Assembly (NCBI GenBank): GCA_963826525.1
Contig: CAWGXH010000004.1
Location: 1,280,001 to 1,344,000 of the forward strand
DNA: 64,000 bases
From: an uncultured Methanomicrobiaceae archaeon
GTDB lineage: Archaea; Halobacteriota; Methanomicrobia; Methanomicrobiales; Methanoculleaceae
Reading direction: 5' to 3'
Part shown: piece after piece, positions 31,097-41,677 of the stretch
How the letters are laid out: every line of letters starts with the position of its first letter
Numbering within the stretch: position 1 is the stretch's first letter
Notes under the pieces: model-generated
What the model was told of the DNA's origin: nothing
Seen by the model: the letters and a program-made list of their open reading frames with translations, nothing else
Database searches by the model: none
Position numbers and translations under genes: made by a program

Positions 31097-32018
31097 GCAG
31101 GGCTTCGACCGCCTCCTCTATCCCCTCTCCGGTCACGGTGGACATGACCGGGTATCCGTCAACCTTCAGGATATCGGCCTTGTTCACGACGGCAATAACC
31201 GGCACGTCCACCATCCCGCTGACTTCATCGAGGAGCGCCTTCTGGTCTTCGATCGAGTAGCCGCACTGTTCGCTCGCGTCCAGCACGAAGAGAACGGCGT
31301 CGGCGACGTTCACAAGAGCGCTCACCGCCTGCTGTTCGATCTGGTTCCGCTCGGCGGCGGGCCGCTCGAGCACCCCGGGGGTATCGATGAGTTGCATCCG
31401 GTCCCGGGTCCCGAGTATGCGGTGGCCGACGATGATCCCCTTCGTGGTGAAGGGGTATGCGGCGATCTCGGGCTCTGCGGAGGAGACGAGCCTGATGAAC
31501 GAGGATTTTCCCACGTTCGGGTATCCGGCGACGACGACCGTGAACTCTTCCTCGGTGACGTGGGGAATCTTCCGGAGGATGTTCCTCGCTTCATTGAGGA
31601 ACAGCAGGTCGTCCTCTACCTGATGGACGATCGAGGCGATCCGCGCAACCGCCTGCCTTCTGACCTGGCCCGTATCGAGAGCGGGACGCATGGCGCGTGC
31701 ATGCTGGGTTCCGACGGTGCGCACCTGTTCCCCCGCCCATGTAACGGCGCCGAGTGACTTCTTCAGATGATCGACGCTGAAGAGAATATCCGCGATATCG
31801 CGATAGAAGGGGGGGAGACGGTCGAAGGTTGGGAACGATCTGACAACGGTATCGAGTTTGTCGTGGACAGCACTTGCTACCGATCTGACAAACTCTTCGT
31901 TCGCCTTGTCTTTATTTGTCTTCAGTTTCTTTCTTGCCGCTGCCCGGCGGAAACTGCGGTCGAGTATCTCTTCCGCAGTGGGTACGGTCGGTATTGTTTC
32001 AAACTCCACGCAATGCAC
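31044..32018 (-). CDS. NOG1-family GTP-binding protein
   Basis: GYPNVGKSS, YPFTTKG, DTPG and NKAD. Confidence 0.92.
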   Translation of the reverse strand: MHCVEFETIPTVPTAEEILDRSFRRAAARKKLKTNKDKANEEFVRSVASAVHDKLDTVVRSFPTFDRLPPFYRDIADILFSVDHLKKSLGAVTWAGEQVRTVGTQHARAMRPALDTGQVRRQAVARIASIVHQVEDDLLFLNEARNILRKIPHVTEEEFTVVVAGYPNVGKSSFIRLVSSAEPEIAAYPFTTKGIIVGHRILGTRDRMQLIDTPGVLERPAAERNQIEQQAVSALVNVADAVLFVLDASEQCGYSIEDQKALLDEVSGMVDVPVIAVVNKADILKVDGYPVMSTVTGEGIEEAVEALLTHRSIRPVSPPEYIQE

Positions 32019-32056
32019 AACCTAATGTATTTAATTACGTAATATAACTGATAATT

Positions 32057-32936
32057 ATGGATTTGTCCCTCATTCAGAAAGATATCCTGATAACTCTTAT
32101 TACTCTATATCATCAGTCGTCTCACTCTATAAAAGGTGAGGAGATCGCGGAGGTTCTCAAGCGAAACCCCGGGACTGTCCGCAACCAGATGCAGGCGTTA
32201 AAAGCGCTCGGCCTCGTCGAAGGAGTGCCGGGGCCAAAGGGTGGGTATACCCCAACCGCCATGGCGTACCGGGAACTCAACCTCGTTGACTACGAGCACC
32301 AGTCGGATGTTCCTATCGCTCGCGGCGGGGAGACGGTGACGGGGAGTGCGGGTTGCCGAGCTCGATTTTACAACGCTCTGCCACCCTGACCTCTGCCACG
32401 CGGTCGTGAAGATCATCGGGAGCGTGAAACACTTCAAGGTCGGCGACCTCATCACCATCGGGCCGACGCCCGTCAATAAGCTGCTCGTCCGGGGAGAAGT
32501 ATACGGTATGGATGAGAACCTCCCGGCGCTTCTGATCAGCATCTCCGAGATGATCTCTCTTCCAAAGCAGCCTATCAAGACATTCATGAGCGCCCCGCTG
32601 CTCACCCTCTCTCACGACGACACGTTCCGGGATGCGGTGCGCCTCTTCAGCGCACACCGTATCCACGGGGCCCCGGTCATGAACGATGCCGAGCTCGTGG
32701 GCATCGTTACGATAAGCGATATCATCCGGGGACTCGACGAGGGGATGACGATGGATACCGGCGTGACGGCGGTGATGACGACCGATGTGGTGAAGGCGCC
32801 GTCGAACATCCGGATATTCGAACTGGTCGGTCGGTTCAAAGAACGGGAGATCGGACGGCTGATTGTCATGGAAGACGGCAAGCCCGTGGGTATCGTTACA
32901 CAGTCCGACATCATCCGGGTGTTTCCCTCACTTTGA
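32057..32936 (+). CDS. HTH (HrcA-like) + CBS-pair transcriptional regulator, frameshift near 32343
   Basis: IKGEEIAEVLKRNPGTVRNQMQALKALGLVEGVPGPKGGY; IGPTPVNKL; two CBS motifs (GIVTISDI, GIVTQSDI). Confidence 0.85.
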
Positions 32937-33082
32937 TACCCTCTCCCTCGGGAAATTCGCCCGTGAACCCCGCTGACGACGGATAAGTATTTATATGAGT
33001 ATTCATATGTTGGTTCTGTAAACCGAGTCTCTGGGACAGAGTACATTTCCGAGAGCTCGAGCGAAAAGGGGGATATGAGATC

Positions 33083-33292
33083 ATGACTGATTTACCACTG
33101 GCACCTGTTGGCAGAATCGTAAAGAAATCCGGCGCTGAACGCGTCAGCTCCGATGCAAACGAAGAACTCGCAAAACTGATGGAGGCCTATGCCTCGAAGA
33201 TCGCAAAAGAGGCGATCAAGCTTGCCGGGCATGCGGGGAGGAAGACGGTCAAGGCGACTGACGTCCGGATGGCCGCCGAGACTGTAAAATAA
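33083..33292 (+). CDS. Archaeal histone (HMf family)
   Basis: DLPLAPVGRI...GAERVS...HAGRKTVKATD. Confidence 0.95.
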   Translation: MTDLPLAPVGRIVKKSGAERVSSDANEELAKLMEAYASKIAKEAIKLAGHAGRKTVKATDVRMAAETVK

Positions 33293-33369
33293 TAATCCCA
33301 ATTCTTTCTTCATTTACAGATTCCGGCATTTTGGAACAGTTTATATAGTACAACATACCCATCTTGGGT

Positions 33370-33627
33370 ATGAGCAAAACCTTCTGCCGTGTCTTAGCCA
33401 AAAAGAGAGTGATGAGCAATGATGGAATGCTCATCGGCACCATCAAGAATATCATGGTGGACATCGGGACTGGTCAGGTTGTGGATCTTATCGTCAAACC
33501 GGACGACTCTTTCAAGACTGACGGTTACCGGATGGACGGCGACAAGATGTTCGTCCCCTTCGAGGCCGTAAAAGATATTAAGGATTATATCGTGGTCGAT
33601 CGCTATCTGCTGAAGAAATCGGCGTAA
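33370..33627 (+). CDS. PRC-barrel protein (CdpB-like cell-division family)
   Basis: KRVMSNDGMLIGTIKNIMVD..TG...VPFEAVKDIKDYIVV. Confidence 0.82.
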   Translation: MSKTFCRVLAKKRVMSNDGMLIGTIKNIMVDIGTGQVVDLIVKPDDSFKTDGYRMDGDKMFVPFEAVKDIKDYIVVDRYLLKKSA

Positions 33628-34307
33628 TACTTTTTTACCGCTTCGACAAATCCGTCACCGTATTTCTCTTCCGAGACGAAGTCGGCGGCCGCGCGGGTCA
33701 TCTCTGTGGAGTTTGCAACGGCAACGCCGACACCTGCTGCCCGGATCATCTCGATATCGTTCTCCGAGTCTCCGACGGCCATGATCTCGGCCGGGGATAT
33801 TCCCATCAGATCGGCAAGTTCGCGAAGAGCGGTGCCCTTGTTCACGCCGAGAACCTGGAGGTGAACGGCAAATCCGGTGTCGAGAACCCGTACCGGGAAG
33901 GCGTGGTCGCGGATCACCCGCCGGGCCTCGTCGACGTCGACGTTCCGCGCAAAGGCGACATCGGCGAACCGGTAGTCGGGGCTGTAGAGTTCAAGGTCTG
34001 TACCCTTCGCTGAAAAATGAGCCTGCAGGATGGAGAGAGCATCCCGGCATACCGTCTGGTCGCCGGCGACCTGGAGGGTGCCGTCGAAGTAGCGGCGGTA
34101 TACCCCTCCGTTCTCACCGATGATGGTGCCGTTCGTCCCTATCATCTTGCAGAGCCCGTCCATGAGGCAGACGGTGTTGCCGCTCGCTATGACCACGTCG
34201 ACTCCGCCGTCGACGAGGGTGCGGATACATTCGATGGCTGCGGTGTTGATCCGCCGGCGCGAGTCGGTGATAGTGCCGTCAACGTCAGTGACGAGCGCTT
34301 TTAGCAC
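33603..34307 (-). CDS. Phosphoglycolate phosphatase (archaeal HAD IIB)
   Basis: DVDGTIT, ASGN, ENGG, NKG and GDSEND. Confidence 0.9.
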   Translation of the reverse strand: MLKALVTDVDGTITDSRRRINTAAIECIRTLVDGGVDVVIASGNTVCLMDGLCKMIGTNGTIIGENGGVYRRYFDGTLQVAGDQTVCRDALSILQAHFSAKGTDLELYSPDYRFADVAFARNVDVDEARRVIRDHAFPVRVLDTGFAVHLQVLGVNKGTALRELADLMGISPAEIMAVGDSENDIEMIRAAGVGVAVANSTEMTRAAADFVSEEKYGDGFVEAVKKYYADFFSR

Positions 34308-35275
34308 GGTTTGATCCCTGCCATCTCGACCATGAACGCAGCCTCTCCTTCGGGAAGGTTCGGGCTGTCTACGAGACGGGCGACGCGTTTGCCCGCTTTG
34401 CTCTTCCGGAGATAGAGCCGGAACGTTGCGGTATGTCCGACAATATTGCCGCCGATGGGCTTTGTCGGGTCGCCGAAGAGCACGGCGGGATTCGACATGA
34501 CCTGGTTTGTCACGAGCCCGACGGCATTGTGTTCGTCGATCAGCTTGAGAAGGTCGTGCATGTGCCGGTTCAGCTTCTGCTGCCGTGCAGCAAGTGTTCC
34601 CCTGCCGGCATACTCCGACCGGAAGAGCGACGTCAACGAATCGATGATGAAGAGCCGCACCGGACGATCGGATGTGCGCAGTTCGTTTGCAAGCTCCCGT
34701 GCGGATTCGATCAGCAGCATCTGGTGGTCGGAACTGTGCGCCCGTGCCACATGAATCCTGCTGAGCACTTCATCGAGCGTGCCGAGATCGGCATCGACAT
34801 CGAGGCCGTTCAACATCTGCTCGATACGCTCCGGTCGGAACGTATTCTCGGTATCGATGTAGACGGCGCTTCCGTTGAGGCCGCCGAGGTCGACAGGGAG
34901 CTGGACGTTGACCGCGAGCTGATGGACGAGCTGACTCTTTCCGGAACCGAACTCGCCGTATACCTCCGTGATCGCCTGGGTTTCAAGGCCGCCCCCCACC
35001 AGTGCGTCGAATTCGGGAACAAGGGTGCTGAGTTTCCGGACATCTTTGCGCTTGTCGAGGATGTCGCGTCCCGTCTTGAACGTGCCGATATCGGCCATCT
35101 TCCGGGCTGCCTGGATCAGTTTCTTTGCGGTCGACTCCCCTATCTCGGCAGCCTCCGCAAGGTCGGAGGTGGTTGCCGTAGCGATCCCCTCGACGGTTCC
35201 GTATCCTGCTTCGCGAAGTTTTTCGGCAATAGTGGGTCCGACACCCGGTAAATCTTCCAGATCAATCTCTGTCAT
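34301..35275 (-). CDS. radA: DNA repair and recombination protein RadA
   Basis: Hh[40 protein letters not shown] and GGNIVGH; no intein. Confidence 0.97.
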   Translation of the reverse strand: MTEIDLEDLPGVGPTIAEKLREAGYGTVEGIATATTSDLAEAAEIGESTAKKLIQAARKMADIGTFKTGRDILDKRKDVRKLSTLVPEFDALVGGGLETQAITEVYGEFGSGKSQLVHQLAVNVQLPVDLGGLNGSAVYIDTENTFRPERIEQMLNGLDVDADLGTLDEVLSRIHVARAHSSDHQMLLIESARELANELRTSDRPVRLFIIDSLTSLFRSEYAGRGTLAARQQKLNRHMHDLLKLIDEHNAVGLVTNQVMSNPAVLFGDPTKPIGGNIVGHTATFRLYLRKSKAGKRVARLVDSPNLPEGEAAFMVEMAGIKPC

Positions 35276-35392
35276 ATGATTCCTCACTTGATCTCTTGTG
35301 TAGTCCTTCTGCTGTGCTACGTATACTATTTGTAGGGAACCATAAAGGTCGATGGCCTTGCGGGGTGAAAGTGAAAAATTCCCGTACCCGGG

Positions 35393-36676
35393 TTACGGGA
35401 TCAGCCGCTCCGCCCGGTCTGCAAGACCCTTCAGATCCGGTGTGACGGGCTCGTACTCCCGGACGGTGATCCGTTTGCGGTGAAGAGCGCCCCTGACTCG
35501 GACATCGAAGCCGACGGGGAGCGGCAGATCAAGGAGGTAACACCCGTCGGCGGTATCGAGACAGAGACCGAGGTCTGTCCGGATGACCGTCCCGGTAAGA
35601 TCGATCTCCTCTTCCGTGCCGCTCCGGATAAGAAACGCGCTCCCCCTGCCGAGGCTGAGTTCGAGGCCCCCGTATCGGCCGGGGCGTGCGGCCACGTTGA
35701 AGACCTCAAGAGCGTCTCCGGGAACCAGGTGCGCCTGCGCCTCCTCTCCCCAGAGGACGAGGGCGATCTCGCCGGTCGCGTCGGCGACGACCAGGTTTCG
35801 CACCCAGGACCGCCTGCCGTCCCGCGTGGTGAAACTGCGTGGAGGCTGGATGGTTACAATGCGCCCGGTCACTGAGTAGATTCCCCCGTCCCGCACCTCT
35901 GCTATGGGAGTGGTCGGGACGTCGATCTCGGCGGTATCCGCCGTCACGGTTGCGGACTCGCCGAGGCTGTACTCCACGCCCTGCTCTCCTGTCTTTACCG
36001 TTGCCCCGGCGATCCTGACCGCGGTGCCCGGTTCGAACCCTTCGAGGAGAGAGGGTACCCAGGCGACAAGGCGGCCGACGCCGGCGGCGTCCCCGATCAC
36101 CGCCTCGACCATCTCGCCGGGTGTGCCGTCGCGCCGGGTGAACGTCCGCAGGGGTTTTACAGCGATCAGTTTGACCAGCAGGTCTTCGCTCTGGGAGGAT
36201 GTCCGCATCTCTGCTCCGCCCGCCGTCCCGGTGCAGGTTATCTCGCAGGCAGCCTTCTGTAGTGCGGTAGCGTGGACCTCCGCGGGTGCCCCCCCCTTCG
36301 GCCGCCCGAGGATCTCGAGGACGTCGCCGATCTCGATCTCGCCCGCAGCTTCGGCTTTTTCATCCCAGAGGACGACGCGAGCCCTTCCGGTCTCGTCACC
36401 GACGATCAGATTAGCGACGAGACCTTTGGTGCCGTCCGGCCGCTCGAACTCGCGGGGTTTCCCGAGAGAGAGCACCTTTCCAAAGAAACAGACGAGGCTC
36501 GACTCCGGTGCGAGCCCCTGGATCCTGACGTGGGCGCGGCCCATATCCCGGACGACGAGCATGGCGGCGGTCTGCTCGTCCAGAAGATCGCCGGACGCGC
36601 CTATCCGCTCCTCTACCTGCTGTTCGAACGCTTTGCGACTGATGAGATCGTCAACCAGGAGGTAGTGGAACTGCAT
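35393..36676 (-). CDS. rpa: Replication protein A (multi-OB-fold SSB)
   Basis: Repeated (R)xFxRxDG...GDETG..RVVLW OB-fold motifs; directly upstream of radA. Confidence 0.85.
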   Translation of the reverse strand: MQFHYLLVDDLISRKAFEQQVEERIGASGDLLDEQTAAMLVVRDMGRAHVRIQGLAPESSLVCFFGKVLSLGKPREFERPDGTKGLVANLIVGDETGRARVVLWDEKAEAAGEIEIGDVLEILGRPKGGAPAEVHATALQKAACEITCTGTAGGAEMRTSSQSEDLLVKLIAVKPLRTFTRRDGTPGEMVEAVIGDAAGVGRLVAWVPSLLEGFEPGTAVRIAGATVKTGEQGVEYSLGESATVTADTAEIDVPTTPIAEVRDGGIYSVTGRIVTIQPPRSFTTRDGRRSWVRNLVVADATGEIALVLWGEEAQAHLVPGDALEVFNVAARPGRYGGLELSLGRGSAFLIRSGTEEEIDLTGTVIRTDLGLCLDTADGCYLLDLPLPVGFDVRVRGALHRKRITVREYEPVTPDLKGLADRAERLIP

Positions 36677-36692
36677 GCGGCTCGTCTCCTGA

Positions 36693-37985
36693 CTACTGCT
36701 GCCACGCCGGCCGCTGCATCGGTGCCGTCAGGTCGTCGATAGATTCCGCCCGGCGCATGAGTGTCGCATCCTCTCCCCGGACGATCACTTCCGCAGAGCG
36801 CGGTCTGCTGTTGTACTGCGACGACATGGCAAATCCGTACGCCCCCGTATCGAGGACGGCGATGAGATCGCCTGCGGCGAGGGTGGGCAGCATCCGGTCT
36901 TTGGCGAGGATATCGCCGGTCTCGCAGATCGGGCCTGCGATGGTATACTCCTGCTCTAGAGGGGCGTCCGCTTTATTCGCTGCAACGACCGTATGGTAGG
37001 AGTCGTACATGACCGGCCGCACCAGCAGGTTGAACCCGGCATCGACGTTCGCGAAGGTCTTGTGCGCCTCTTTGACGGAGTTTACCCGGGTTACGAGGAT
37101 CGTGGAGTCGGCGACGAGCGATCTCCCCGGCTCGACCCAGAGTTCGGGCTCTATACCGATCTTCCGGATCCCTGCAAGGAAGATCGGCATGACGGCGCCC
37201 GCATAGTCCTCTGGTGTCGGTGCGCGGTCGGTCTCGCGCCGGTAGGGGATGCCGAGCCCTCCCCCGATATCGATGAACTGCAGGGTTACTCCCATCTTTG
37301 AGAGTTCCCCGGCGAGCTCGATAACGACCTCCATCTCGCGCGCGAAGGGTTCGACCTCAAGGATCTGGGAGCCGATGTGGCAGTGGATGCCGACGGGCTC
37401 GACGTTGCTGCAGGCGAGCGCTTCGCGGTAGGCGTCGAGGATCTGCCCTGCCGGGATGCCGAACTTGCTGGTTGCAAGACCCGTTGCAATCTTCGGGTGA
37501 GTGGGGACCTCGAGCGCCGGGTTGACCCGGAAGGCGATCTCGACGGTCTTCCCTGCAGCCTCTGCCGCAGCGTTCAGCTGCCGGAGTTCGTCGAACGAGT
37601 CGACCGAGACCCGTATGCCCTCTTTTACCGCGAGGGCGAGATCGGCGGCGCTCTTTGAGCTCCCGTTGAAGAGGAGGAGCCCGGGTTTCATCCCGGCTGA
37701 GAGAGCGAGGTGCAGTTCGCCCGCGGAGAAGACGTCGGCACCGGCGTTCAGCCCGGCGAGGATACGGAAGACTGCGAGGTTGCCGTTCGCCTTTGCCGCG
37801 TAGAGCACCTGGACTTTGTCGTAGTACCCGCCGAGCGCCTCTGCAAGACGCTGATAGTTCTCCCGGATCCGGTCTTCGTCGGTGACGTAGAGCGGCGTGC
37901 CGTACTGCTCCGCGAGCTCTACCGTATCGTGGCTGCCGATGACGAGGTGGCCGCCCCTGACGGTGAGGTGGGACGGGAGTATCAT
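36693..37985 (-). CDS. lysA: Diaminopimelate decarboxylase
   Basis: YAAKAN PLP lysine, [20 protein letters not shown] and GAYG...YN. Confidence 0.96.
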   Translation of the reverse strand: MILPSHLTVRGGHLVIGSHDTVELAEQYGTPLYVTDEDRIRENYQRLAEALGGYYDKVQVLYAAKANGNLAVFRILAGLNAGADVFSAGELHLALSAGMKPGLLLFNGSSKSAADLALAVKEGIRVSVDSFDELRQLNAAAEAAGKTVEIAFRVNPALEVPTHPKIATGLATSKFGIPAGQILDAYREALACSNVEPVGIHCHIGSQILEVEPFAREMEVVIELAGELSKMGVTLQFIDIGGGLGIPYRRETDRAPTPEDYAGAVMPIFLAGIRKIGIEPELWVEPGRSLVADSTILVTRVNSVKEAHKTFANVDAGFNLLVRPVMYDSYHTVVAANKADAPLEQEYTIAGPICETGDILAKDRMLPTLAAGDLIAVLDTGAYGFAMSSQYNSRPRSAEVIVRGEDATLMRRAESIDDLTAPMQRPAWQQ

Positions 37986-39130
37986 AGATTCATCTCCCGC
38001 ATCCGCCCGACCGCTTCTTCTATCCGCTCCACGGACCGGGTGATGGCGAACCTGACGTAGCCGTCGCCGTGGGTGCCGAACCCGACGCCGGGTGTCGCTA
38101 CGATGCCCGCCTGATCGAGGAGCCGTGCGGCGAATTTCATGCTGTCGTCGACGGCCATCCAGACATAGAACGTCGCTTTCGGCGACGAGACCTCAAAGCC
38201 CATCTCCGAGAGGCCTTTCACGAGGACGTCCCTCCGTTCCTCGTATATCTCGCACGCGTTTTTAACGCAGTCCTGCGGCCCGGTGAGGGCGGTGATCCCT
38301 GCGTGCTGGATGGCATCGAAAGCACCCGAGTCGATGTTGGTCTTCACCCGACCGAGACCGGCGATGATCTCGGGGTTCCCGCAGGCCATCCCTATACGCC
38401 ATCCGGTCATGTTGTAGGTCTTTGAGAGCGAGTGCATCTCGATACCGACCTCCATGGCGCCGTCGACTTCGAGGAACGAGGGGGCGGTGTAGCCGTCGAA
38501 GGTTATCTCGGAGTAGGCGTTGTCGTGGACGACGACGATCCCGTTGTCGCGGGCGAAGTCGACGACCTCCGCAAAGAAGGACTTCGGTGCTATTGCCGCC
38601 GTCGGATTGTTCGGGTAGTTGATGAACATCAGTTTCGCCTGTGCGACGACGTCTGCCGGGATATCGTCAAGCACCGGGAGGAAACCGTTCTCGGCGGCGA
38701 GCGGCATCTCGTAAATCTTCCCCTCGGCAAAGAGGGTGGAGGTCTTGTAGACCGGGTAGCCGGGATCTGCGGCGAGCACGTAGTCCCCGGGGTTGACGAA
38801 TGCTTCGGGCACATGGGCTATTCCCTCTTTGGAGCCGATGAGTGCGAGTACTTCGGTCTTCGGGGCAAGGTCGACCCCGAATCTGCCGGCGTACCACGCT
38901 GCCACGGCCTCCCGGTAGGCGAGCATACCGGTATAGGACGGATAGTGGTGGTTCTTTGGATCGCGCGCCGCCGTGCAGAGCGCATCGACGATATGCGCCG
39001 GTGTCGGGAGGTCGGGGTCTCCGACACCGAGGTCGATAACGTCGACACCCTGGCGGATCTTTTCTCCTTTGAGCTCGTCGATGCGTGCGAAAAGGTAGGG
39101 TGGAAGGTGATCCATACGTTGCGAGTACAT
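37982..39130 (-). CDS. dapL: LL-diaminopimelate aminotransferase
   Basis: [26 protein letters not shown] and [15 protein letters not shown]; overlaps lysA. Confidence 0.88.
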   Translation of the reverse strand: MYSQRMDHLPPYLFARIDELKGEKIRQGVDVIDLGVGDPDLPTPAHIVDALCTAARDPKNHHYPSYTGMLAYREAVAAWYAGRFGVDLAPKTEVLALIGSKEGIAHVPEAFVNPGDYVLAADPGYPVYKTSTLFAEGKIYEMPLAAENGFLPVLDDIPADVVAQAKLMFINYPNNPTAAIAPKSFFAEVVDFARDNGIVVVHDNAYSEITFDGYTAPSFLEVDGAMEVGIEMHSLSKTYNMTGWRIGMACGNPEIIAGLGRVKTNIDSGAFDAIQHAGITALTGPQDCVKNACEIYEERRDVLVKGLSEMGFEVSSPKATFYVWMAVDDSMKFAARLLDQAGIVATPGVGFGTHGDGYVRFAITRSVERIEEAVGRMREMNL

Positions 39131-39365
39131 TATCAGATCATTGCACACGAATCCCTATGTAAGTTTTGTACGGTTTTGATTGCATTTCAAAGAGTGGCGG
39201 GGCGGAATGATTCTTCTTTTCTCCCCCGCCCCGCCGCATGGGATCGGAGGGTCCGCTCAGTACCCGTGGTACCGCCGGCGCTGGAGTTCCCGATATGCGG
39301 TCAGGGCGATGTCCCGGGAAGGCTGCCCGCTGCGGTCGGCAGCGCGACGAATTTAAATACGGACG

Positions 39366-39701
39366 ATGAAAGAGATTGAATATATGGCTCCCCCCGAGTA
39401 TGTGGTGGTCTTCTGCACGGCTCCGGTGGCCGATGCGAAGGCGATTGCAGAGGCACTGGTCGACGCACGGTTGGCGGCATGCGTGAATATCACCGAGGTC
39501 GATTCGTGCTTCCGGTGGAAAGGAGACGTCTGCAACGAGCCCGAGCAGCTCCTCATCATCAAGACCCGCTACGATCTGATCGATCCGCTGATAGCCCGGA
39601 TTCGCGGGATGCACAGTTATGAGCTCCCGGAGATCATCGCTCTCCCCATCGTGGGCGGGTATGCCCCGTATCTCGACTGGATAGGAGAGGAGGCGGGCTG
39701 A
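39366..39701 (+). CDS. cutA: Divalent-cation tolerance protein CutA
   Basis: LVDARLAACVN, W.G and HSYELPEI. Confidence 0.93.
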   Translation: MKEIEYMAPPEYVVVFCTAPVADAKAIAEALVDARLAACVNITEVDSCFRWKGDVCNEPEQLLIIKTRYDLIDPLIARIRGMHSYELPEIIALPIVGGYAPYLDWIGEEAG

Positions 39702-40450
39702 TGGATCTCTCCTGCTTTACCGGCATTCAGGTGAAAGGGGATACGGCGGCGGAGATCCACGACGATGTCATCGTCGAGGATCACTTCCGCCTCTTCTTCA
39801 ACGGCCGGTACCTCACGACGCTGGTTGCAAGCCCCGACCGTCTCGAGGACCTCGGTGCGGGCTTTATCATCTGCGAGGGGCTCTCCGATGAGATAGGTTC
39901 GATGAACGTCACCGGGAACGATATCTACGTCTCCGCCGTCCCGAGAAAGGATATCAACCTCGAGATCGAATCATCAGGTGGATTCCGGGTCATGGGTGAG
40001 GCGAAGACGGTCGAATCGTCGATCGAGATAACCCCGGACAGTATCCATGCGGTGACGGGAGCGATCGAGTCCGAGACCTGGCGGCGCACGGGCGGCGTCC
40101 ACTGTTCGGTGCTCTTCTGCGGAGGCGACCTGATCACCCGCGCATGTGACGTCGGGCGGCACAATACCCTCGACAAGGTGGTCGGCTATGCCGCGCGGGG
40201 CGGGCTTGACCGGTCGCAGTGCATCGTCGGCTGTACCGGGAGGCAGCCCGCGGGGATGGTGGCGAAGGTTGCGAACGCCGGCATTCCCATCATCGTCTCC
40301 CGTGCTGCATCCACCGACCGGGGGATCCGGGCTGCAGACCGGGCGGGTATCACGCTCATCTGCTTCTCGCGGGGTGATCGCTTCACCATCTATACGCACC
40401 CAGAAAGGGTGCCGGACGTCCTCGAACGAATGAGAAAGGTGGTTATATGA
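39701..40450 (+). CDS. fdhD: Formate dehydrogenase accessory sulfurtransferase FdhD
   Basis: TGGVH, DVGRHNTLDKVVG, TGR and GITLICFSR. Confidence 0.92.
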   Translation: MDLSCFTGIQVKGDTAAEIHDDVIVEDHFRLFFNGRYLTTLVASPDRLEDLGAGFIICEGLSDEIGSMNVTGNDIYVSAVPRKDINLEIESSGGFRVMGEAKTVESSIEITPDSIHAVTGAIESETWRRTGGVHCSVLFCGGDLITRACDVGRHNTLDKVVGYAARGGLDRSQCIVGCTGRQPAGMVAKVANAGIPIIVSRAASTDRGIRAADRAGITLICFSRGDRFTIYTHPERVPDVLERMRKVVI

Positions 40451-40929
40451 CGGAAGAGAATGTAGCCGGGAAGACGGCACTGATCCTGCTCGGGTGCCCG
40501 CAGGTGCCGGTACAGACGAGCGTTGCCCTGTACTGCGCATACCTGCTGAAGCAGAACGGCATCCGCCCGATCATTGCGGGGACGACTGCGGCGCGGAAAC
40601 TTCTGGAGGTTGCCGACCCGGAGCGGCACTACGCAGAGACGCTCGAGGATCTCGACACGGTCATCGGCGAGTTTGCGGAGAAGAAGCGGGACGTCGACTA
40701 CTGCTTCGTCTTCGCCCACAACGACTCCGGCATCGCCTACGCCGGCACCATGGCGTACCTGTCACGGGCGCGGCTCTACGTCCTGCTCTTCGGAGAGCAC
40801 CCGGAGGAGGTCGCTACGGCAATCACATTCCCCTGCGAACAGGTGACGGCAAAAGCTGTTCACAACCCTATGCCGATGAAGAGAAAGATCGATGAGGTGA
40901 TACGATGGGTGGCTGCCTCGAAGCAATGA
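40447..40929 (+). CDS. DUF1890-family methanogen protein
   Basis: LLGCPQVPVQ, HNDSG and AVHNPMP. Confidence 0.82.
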   Translation: MTEENVAGKTALILLGCPQVPVQTSVALYCAYLLKQNGIRPIIAGTTAARKLLEVADPERHYAETLEDLDTVIGEFAEKKRDVDYCFVFAHNDSGIAYAGTMAYLSRARLYVLLFGEHPEEVATAITFPCEQVTAKAVHNPMPMKRKIDEVIRWVAASKQ

Positions 40930-41183
40930 AACCCGATATACTCCTTTCGCGCTGCTCGTTTATGGAGGCGCGGGAGTACGTCAAGAAGAATATCAGAGAA
41001 TACTATGAAGTGGAGCCGGGCTACAAGATCTTCGACATCCACCTGATCGGTGTTCCACCGCTGCTCGTCGGTATCGACGGAGACGATGTCATCTTCCCGT
41101 ATACCAAGCCCTGCCACGGAACCTTTGTCGTGAAGGTCCCCGGCGGAGATGAGATCGCCAGGCTGCGTGCCCGGCGACGATAA
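40905..41183 (+). CDS. DUF1894-family methanogen protein
   Basis: FPYTKPCHGTFV; overlaps the DUF1890 gene. Confidence 0.82.
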   Translation: MGGCLEAMKPDILLSRCSFMEAREYVKKNIREYYEVEPGYKIFDIHLIGVPPLLVGIDGDDVIFPYTKPCHGTFVVKVPGGDEIARLRARRR

Positions 41184-41677
41184 CCCGCTTTTTCACCGGT
41201 GGCACCGGCCACCCATAGAGCAATGAGGGTCTATGGAAGAATACTTTTTACGAGATCTGCAACCGATAGATTCCGGAACGACGGCCATCAGAGTCAGCGA
41301 TCTCTCTAATACTCGTGACGGGAGACGCGTCCTTGATGCCGTCTCGTGCGTGGGCGGCGGCTGATGGTGGTCTTTCCGGAAGACGGAAGTATAAATGATG
41401 TGACACGTGTACAGGTACAGGCAGTTCCCTCCCGGCAGTATCCCGCGTATACGCTGCAATTTCTCTCCGCATCGCGCGCATCGGGCTCCGAAAACGCGAG
41501 ATGACGGCTCGGAACGGCTTTGCGCGGGAGAACGCCGGGGAACATCCTGAATGTTCACACCGGTGGTGGCTTTGGCCGCCCCGGGAGCGGGGAGTGGCGA
41601 TCTCTGTCCTCTCCGTGCGTAGATAAACTCGTATATCGCAAAACCGGTTAATAGCACCTGGTTTGCAGGGTGAAAGC

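Noticed and set aside
34301-35275. Intein in RadA
   Set aside because: The length (~325 aa) and continuous motifs leave no room for an insertion.
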